A DNA stretch of 39,292 nt from NCBI RefSeq assembly GCF_001194135.2, contig NC_068984.1, forward strand, positions 138,439,478 to 138,478,769. Direction: 5' to 3'. The notes below the pieces were generated by a model. That model worked only from the letters and a program-made list of their open reading frames with translations, was not told the origin of the DNA and made no database searches. Source of the stretch: Octopus bimaculoides (taxonomy: Eukaryota). The translations under genes and the position numbers were made by a program. Positions 32,749 through 39,292 of this stretch are shown one piece after another. Positions within the stretch are counted from its first letter, which is position 1; every line of letters starts with the position of its first letter.

Positions 32749-34095
32749 CTGTTTTTTTTTCGCTTTTTTCGTCGACTCTTTCTTTATTGGCAAGAAATCT
32801 TGAAATAAAATTGAATAATGGAATATATACGTGCATACGTACATACACACATACATACATACATACATNNNNNNNNNNNNNNNNNNNNNNNNNNNNNNNN
32901 NNNNNNNNNNNNNNNNNNNNNNNNNNNNNNNNNNNNNNNNNNNNNNNNNNNNNNNNNNNNNNNNNNNNNNNNNNNNNNNNNNNNNNNNNNNNNNNNNNNN
33001 NNNNNNNNNNNNNNNNNNNNNNNNNNNNNNNNNNNNNNNNNNNNNNNNNNNNNNNNNNNNNNNNNNNNNNNNNNNNNNNNNNNNNNNNNNNNNNNNNNNN
33101 NNNNNNNNNNNNNNNNNNNNNNNNNNNNNNNNNNNNNNNNNNNNNNNNNNNNNNNNNNNNNNNNNNNNNNNNNNNNNNNNNNNNNNNNNNNNNNNNNNNN
33201 NNNNNNNNNNNNNNNNNNNNNNNNNNNNNNNNNNNNNNNNNNNNNNNNNNNNNNNNNNNNNNNNNNNNNNNNNNNNNNNNNNNNNNNNNNNNNNNNNNNN
33301 NNNNNNNNNNNNNNNNNNNNNNNNNNNNNNNNNNNNNNNNNNNNNNNNNNNNNNNNNNNNNNNNNNNNNNNNNNNNNNNNNNNNNNNNNNNNNNNNNNNN
33401 NNNNNNNNNNNNNNNNNNNNNNNNNNNNNNNNNNNNNNNNNNNNNNNNNNNNNNNNNNNNNNNNNNNNNNNNNNNNNNNNNNNNNNNNNNNNNNNNNNNN
33501 NNNNNNNNNNNNNNNNNNNNNNNNNNNNNNCCTCAGCATCGTAACTTTATTGAGATATAAAACAAAACAAAAACATATTAGCTTTAGAAAAGGTCGTATA
33601 AGAGATCGTTTCAAAAATGGTAAACATAATTTTTTATAAGAAATTTATATTACATTGTATCATTTAAAACCACCTTACAGTAGGAAAGTCCAGAATTTTT
33701 TCCACAAAATATCGAGTTTCTTTGGAGTTTTCTTAAAGAAGCTGTTTGTTAATGTGTTTCTCCGTCGGTATAAATTGGAACAAAGAAAAAGGCTTTTCTA
33801 CATCATATTTTCCACAAAATGAGAATCAAAGCATTTTAAGGGAGACTACTCTCAATGTATATGCAGTAATTTTCCTAGAGTTGTTTCCCTTGGACTACGT
33901 TTTAAAGCTTTATTCATTCTTGGTTACGCATAAATTTTTCTTGTTTTAAATGTAGTAAATAGCTGATTTCTATCGACTTAATACTTGAGTGGTACTTTAT
34001 TTTATCGGGTTAAAAAGGATCTAAGTTAAAATTAATTTCAACGGGAATTCAAGACAACGCAAAGAGTTGTAGGGAAGGATACAAAAATGATAATA

Positions 34096-34520
34096 TCAGG
34101 TAATCCCATAAGTTCTGTCCGAATTTTGAATAAAGAAAACAAGTGATTAAATGTTATATTTAATTGATATTTAATCAGCAATGTACTTTCCCTGATTATC
34201 TATGACTTCCTTCCATCTATTTACAAGCTTTTTAATCCCATTAATGTAAAACTCTTTTGGTTTCGAAGCGAAGAACTCTGAAATGTCAGTTTCGACCTCC
34301 TCCTGGCTTGCGAAAGTTATGTCCCCAACTGATTCTGTAAACTACGAAACAAATGGTAGTCTGAAGGAGCAAGGTTAGGAGAATAAGGTGGATGCGGAAT
34401 TTCCCCCCAACCAAGCTTTTCGATCCGTTGTGATGTGATCTTTGCAGTGTGGGGTCGTACACTGTCTTGATGAAACACCACTCCGTTTCGATTCACTAGA
34501 GCGGGTCTTTTTTTCTTCAG
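34096..34520 (-). pseudogene. Mariner 3' fragment (C-terminal transposase plus terminal repeat)
   Basis: Minus strand KKRPALVNRNGVVFHQDSVRPHTA...HPPYSPNLAPSDYHLFRSLQ, a frameshift, then FFASKPKEFYINGIKKLVNRWKEVIDNQGKYIAD*; TIR-like TA|tcaggtaatcccataagttctgtcc at 34094. Confidence 0.9.
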
Positions 34521-34861
34521 ACCAGAATATTCTTTTCCATTCTAGGCACAAGGCCCGAAATTTGGAGCGAGGAGCCAGTTGATTAGATCGACCTCAGTAC
34601 GCAACTGGTACTTAATTTATCGACCCAGAAAGGATGAAAGGCAAAGTCGACCTCGTCAGAATTTGAACTCAGAACGTAAAATGTAGACCAGAATATTTTT
34701 TTCTACTCTAGGCACAAGGCCCGAAATTTTGGGGGAGTGGGCTAGTCGATTAGATCGACCCCAGTACGCAACTGGTACTTAATTTATCGATCCCGAAAGG
34801 ATGAAAGGTAAAGTCGACCTCGGCGGAATTTGAACTCAGAACGTAAAATGCAAACCAGAAT
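34519..34861 (-). mobile_element. Tandem pair of identically 5'-truncated SINE-A copies
   Basis: Units of 166-167 bp bounded by a(g/a)accagaat at 34519, 34685 and 34852. Confidence 0.85.
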
Positions 34862-35090
34862 GTTGTGAAGACAGAGGACAAGAAAGTCGAGAAAGGATGA
34901 GAAAGTCAGGAAATTTAGACCATCTCAAAGAGGACAATATTCTAGCATCAAAAGCAGCAAATACCAAACTTCATAGGAAGAATTCAATTAGCAACAATAC
35001 TTGGAACAGCTCATGTGTTGAGAAAAGCGTTTCATCTCTAAGCTGCGGGATGGAGCTGAGACGTGACATAGAGAAATCAGATGTCAAGTG
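34862..35090 (+). mobile_element. Second R4/Dong-like retrotransposon 3' end, followed by (TAA)n
   Basis: 34982-35041 encodes IQLATILGTAHVLRKAFHL*; decayed VVKTEDKKVEK upstream; (AAT)n at 35091-35177. Confidence 0.75.
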
Positions 35091-35117
35091 AATAATAATA
35101 ATAATAATAATAATAAC

Positions 35118-35161
<44 letters not shown>

Positions 35162-35177
35162 TAATAATAATAATAAC

Positions 35178-35371
35178 GATCCTTTCTACTATAGGCACAA
35201 GGCCTGAAATTTAAGGAGAGGAGGCTAGTAGATTACAATGACCCCAGTGTTTCACTGGTACTTAATTTATCGATCCCGAATGGATGAAAAAATGTTGACC
35301 TCGGCGGAATTTGAACTCAGCACGTAAGGACGGACGAAATGCCGCTGAGCGCTTTGTCTGGTGCGATAACG
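35178..35371 (-). mobile_element. SINE-A copy; head reaches the gap
   Basis: Family consensus motifs present. Confidence 0.88.
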
Positions 35372-35931
35372 NNNNNNNNNNNNNNNNNNNNNNNNNNNNN
35401 NNNNNNNNNNNNNNNNNNNNNNNNNNNNNNNNNNNNNNNNNNNNNNNNNNNNNNNNNNNNNNNNNNNNNNNNNNNNNNNNNNNNNNNNNNNNNNNNNNNN
35501 NNNNNNNNNNNNNNNNNNNNNNNNNNNNNNNNNNNNNNNNNNNNNNNNNNNNNNNNNNNNNNNNNNNNNNNNNNNNNNNNNNNNNNNNNNNNNNNNNNNN
35601 NNNNNNNNNNNNNNNNNNNNNNNNNNNNNNNNNNNNNNNNNNNNNNNNNNNNNNNNNNNNNNNNNNNNNNNNNNNNNNNNNNNNNNNNNNNNNNNNNNNN
35701 NNNNNNNNNNNNNNNNNNNNNNNNNNNNNNNNNNNNNNNNNNNNNNNNNNNNNNNNNNNNNNNNNNNNNNNNNNNNNNNNNNNNNNNNNNNNNNNNNNNN
35801 NNNNNNNNNNNNNNNNNNNNNNNNNNNNNNNNNNNNNNNNNNNNNNNNNNNNNNNNNNNNNNNNNNNNNNNNNNNNNNNNNNNNNNNNNNNNNNNNNNNN
35901 NNNNNNNNNNNNNNNNNNNNNNNNNNNNNNN

Positions 35932-35986
<55 letters not shown>

Positions 35987-36777
35987 AGAGAGAGAGAGAG
36001 AGGGGGAGAGAAGAGAGGAGAGGAGAGGAAAGAGAGAGAGAGCCATTGACCGAAATTCTCGGCCCTTGAGTCACCCTATAACATACATGTATACACACTA
36101 TACTATACATACATATATACACACACACACACATACAAATGTACATACATACATACATACATATACGCGTGTGTGTGTGTGTGTGTGTGTCTTTGTGTGT
36201 ATGCTCATATTGTCGCGTGCACTTTATATAGTGTCCTACATTCTCAAAAGATTTTTTTTCATTTTCCAATCCTTCTTTCCTTTTTCATTTTGTTCTTTTA
36301 TTGTTATTTGTTTGTTTTTTCTCAAAAACGTCCTTTAGTCCTCATCACTGTCCCTCCTTTATTAACACACTTTTATTCTTCCTCCTTAAACCCAAATTTC
36401 CTGACCAGAACTAATACTGTACGTTGTCCGCATTAGTTATTTCGAGCTACTGTCCAATGAAACATTTGAAAGCTATCATAACTGCCTGCGTATAAGTAGC
36501 AGTGACGTGATTGTCCAGGTAAACTTATAGACGTGACTAAACACTCCTAAACTTCTCACAGTCAACTAGACTTCATAGAATCTCTTCTTTGTTTAAAAAG
36601 TCGCACCACCAATACCTCCACCGTCTCTCTCTCTCTTCCCTTCTAGTGAAACGATTTCCTTCTCACAAATATCTTCTGATAAGTGGTCACTTCCGATATC
36701 TAAAACAATCAACGAACTGTCTATTAAAACCGAGTAATTTCGGTGATGAGTAACTTGAAGCAATAATGTCTTCGTTA

Positions 36778-37270
36778 GTGGTGAGCTGGCAGAAACGTAA
36801 TCCCTTTGTCTGTCCTTGTTTGTCCCCTCTATGTTTAACCCCTTGTGGGCAGTAAAGAAATAAGAAACGTTAGCACGCCGGGCGAAATGCTTAGCGGTAT
36901 TTCGTCTGCCGCTATGTTCTGAGTTCAAATTCCGCCGAGGTCGTCTTAGCCTTTCATCCTTTCGGGGTCGATAAATTAAGTACCAGTTACGCACTGGGGT
37001 CGATGTAATCAACTTAATCCCTTTGTCTGTCCTTGTTTGTCTCCTCTATGTTTAACCCCTTATGGGCAGTAAAGAAATAAGAAATGTTAGCACGCCGGGC
37101 GAAATGCTTAGCGGTATTTCGTCTGCCGCTACGTTCTGAGTTCAAATTCCGCCGAGGTCGACTTTGCCTTTCAGCCTTTCGGGGTCGATAAGTTAAGTAC
37201 CATTTGCGTTCTGGAGTCGATCTAATCGACTTAGCCTCCTCCCCAAAAATTTCTGGCCTGGTACCTAGTG
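36778..37270 (+). mobile_element. Nested SINE-A/A2 composite with 217-bp periodicity
   Basis: agaaa(c/t)gt junction at 36791, 36863 and 37080; A2 tail at 36799-36862 and 37016-37079. Confidence 0.9.
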
Positions 37271-37281
37271 CAGAAAAGATA

Positions 37282-37387
37282 AATGTGTGAATCTGAGAAG
37301 AGAATATGTTGAATAAAATCATCAATTATCTGATCCTCCACTATTTTCGTTTACCCAAATCCAGAAACTTTTCAGCTATTTCTCGTA
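37282..37387 (+). mobile_element. Right end of the mariner-derived MITE
   Basis: tgtgtgaatctgagaagagaatatgttgaataa...cagaaacttttcagctatttctcg|ta. Confidence 0.7.
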
Positions 37388-37462
37388 TTACTTTTGCTGT
37401 TGTGTTGCTGCTGCTGATGAAGAAGTTGTTGTTGCTCAACCATTGGTTAGTCTTGATTGAGT

Positions 37463-37785
37463 GAAGGCTCATGGCTTAGTGGTTAGGGCATTCGGCTCAC
37501 TATCGTAAGGTCGTGAGTTCAATTCCCGGCGACGCGTTGTGTCCTTGAGCAAGTCACTTTATTTCACGTTGCTTCAGTCCACTCAACTGGCAAAAATGAG
37601 TAGTACCTGTAATTCAAAGGGCCGGCCTTGTTACGCTATGTGTCACACTGAGTCTCCCTGAGAACTACATTGGAGGTACACGTGCCTGTGGAGTGCTCAG
37701 CCACTTGCACGTTAATTTCATGAGCAAGCTGTTCCGTTGATCGGATCAGCTGGGAGCCTCGTCGTCGTAACCGACGGAGTGCTCC
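37463..37785 (+). mobile_element. SINE-C, full length, T2 tail, 14-bp TSD
   Basis: tRNA-like head, CORE-like tgtccttgagcaagtcacttt; TSD ttagtcttg(a/t)ttga at 37447-37460 and 37786-37799. Confidence 0.92.
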
Positions 37786-38396
37786 TTAGTCTTGTTTGAC
37801 CAACGCATGTGATCAAAGGTGCTGTTCCAGCTTCGATCATCCGTATCTATATCAGCGATTACGTCAGCCAATGTGTCCCTCCTGCTTTTTGTCGTTTTTT
37901 TTTTTTAATGATGATGTGTGTTGCGGCAGGTTTTGTTGCCCTTTCAAGCATATCAAACGCTGAGGCTGTAGGTACAAGTGTTAACAAGTCGCTGAATATA
38001 ATAAATCTCTTTTAAAAGCTTGGCATTAATCATGAAAAATGAATGTCGTGCATTCCAATAAGTGTCCATGGGCTTGCGTTGAGATAAATACAGGATTGAC
38101 TGTTTTAAAAGAATATCTTACACACACAAACACACACAAACACACACACACACACATAGAAACCTTTAGCTCAGTTCAAATAAGTTGACAAACCGCCGTG
38201 AAAATGGCTTTTTAACAGGTCAAATAAATCCCAAACAAATTTGAACTGATCTAAAAGTTTGTTTATTTTACACTACTCCGCACGTACGTGTGTGTATGCA
38301 TGTGTGTGTACATATATACACATTTATATATGTGTACATATATACATTAGATATATACATACATATACAGACATACACACGCATGCATACATACAT

Positions 38397-38429
<33 letters not shown>

Positions 38430-38639
38430 TATGTATACCACAATGACAAAGCAATTTAATAAAGAGAGCGTATGGGTTTTTCTATGGTCTTCAATCAGCT
38501 TGAAAATTATCATAGAGTTGCACTCTATGGGTCACTCAAAACATTATTCACACAGTTGATTTCTATTGAGTTAAGGCGGAAACAAACAACTTAATTTCAA
38601 AAGCTTTTTATTTTCCTATTACATTCGACATATAGAGTG

Positions 38640-38886
38640 AAGGCACATGGCTCAGTGGTTAGAGCGTCGAGCTTACAATCGTGAAGTTTTGAGTTCGAAT
38701 CCGGTGCCAAGCTGTATCAGCCCTTTGCCTTTCCCTTGGATAACACTGGTGGCGTGGAGAAAGGAAGCTGGTATGCATGGACGACTGCTGGTCTTCCATA
38801 AACATCTTTGCCCGGACTTGTGCCTGGGAGGGTAACTTTCTAGATGCAATCCCATGGTCAGTCATGACCGAAGGGGTCTCTGTTCT
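38640..38886 (+). mobile_element. SINE-E, full length, 12-bp TSD
   Basis: tRNA-like head ggcacatggctcagtggttagagc...gagttcgaatcc; TSD acatataga(g/a)tg at 38628-38639 and 38887-38898. Confidence 0.85.
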
Positions 38887-38898
38887 ACATATAGAATG

Positions 38899-39170
38899 AA
38901 GGCGCGTGGCTTAGTGGTTAGGACATTGGGCTCACGATTGTAAAGTCGTGAGTTCAATTCCCGGCGACGTGTTGTGCTCCTTGAGCAAGACACTTTATTT
39001 CATGTTGCTCCAGTCCACTCAGCTGGCAAAAATGAGTAGTACCTGTATTTCAAGGGACCAGCCTTGTCACACTTTGTGTTACTCTGAATCTCCATGAGAA
39101 CTACGTTAAGGGGTTCACGTGTCTGTGGAGTGCTCAGCCACTTGCACGTTAATTTCACGAGCAAGCTGGC
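38899..39170 (+). mobile_element. SINE-C with T2 tail, 3' end truncated
   Basis: Closely matches 37463-37740. Confidence 0.92.
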
Positions 39171-39292
39171 CGATTGCTGCTGCTGCTCAGGTATTTAACA
39201 TTTTGTTAATAATGATGTAATACAGCTATAGATTACGTGCAAACAAAGATATTTTTAGATGGGAATTTCCTAGTACTACTACTAAAATACGG

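Noticed and set aside
36593-36770. Minus-strand peptide LDIGSDHL resembling an APE endonuclease SDH motif or a small exon
   Set aside because: One short motif only, with no other endonuclease motifs in any frame.
36791-36871. GAAACGT(T) in the SINE-A head as part of a hammerhead
   Set aside because: There is no CUGANGA box or stem II upstream.
38642-38709. tRNA-Val(TAC)-like cloverleaf
   Set aside because: The D arm pairs, but the acceptor stem has only 5 bp and the anticodon and T stems are broken. It continues into a SINE body and is flanked by a TSD. The other SINE heads fail in the same way.
1-39292. CRISPR array, rRNA or prokaryotic operon
   Set aside because: None seen. The recurring sequences are dispersed eukaryotic SINEs, not regularly spaced repeat-spacer units.

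Overview
Repeat-dense eukaryotic genomic DNA with many N gaps. The SINE and MITE repertoire looks like an octopus (coleoid cephalopod) genome; this is recognition from memory, not a database result. No host protein-coding gene is firmly identifiable, so the window reads as intergenic DNA or a very large intron. It holds about 35 copies or fragments of five tRNA-derived SINE families (my local labels SINE-A to SINE-E), many micro- and minisatellites, a Chapaev3-like (CMC) transposase fragment with its right terminus, three decayed mariner transposase fragments, several MITEs (Merlin-like, piggyBac-like, hAT-like, Tigger-like, mariner-derived) and two 3' ends of R4/Dong-like retrotransposons next to (TAA)n tracts. 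The most interesting signals are: (1) a minimal type-I hammerhead ribozyme in a Penelope-like remnant, enclosed by a 59-bp inverted repeat whose inner edge lies next to the predicted cleavage site, plus a second hammerhead core on the opposite strand about 480 bp away; (2) a foldback MITE carrying TTAGGG telomere-type repeats; (3) SINE heads and tails in all mix-and-match combinations, and a SINE variant that nests in its own family; (4) a candidate terminal exon ending in a CaaX motif. Most long ORFs in the track are microsatellite or N-gap artefacts.
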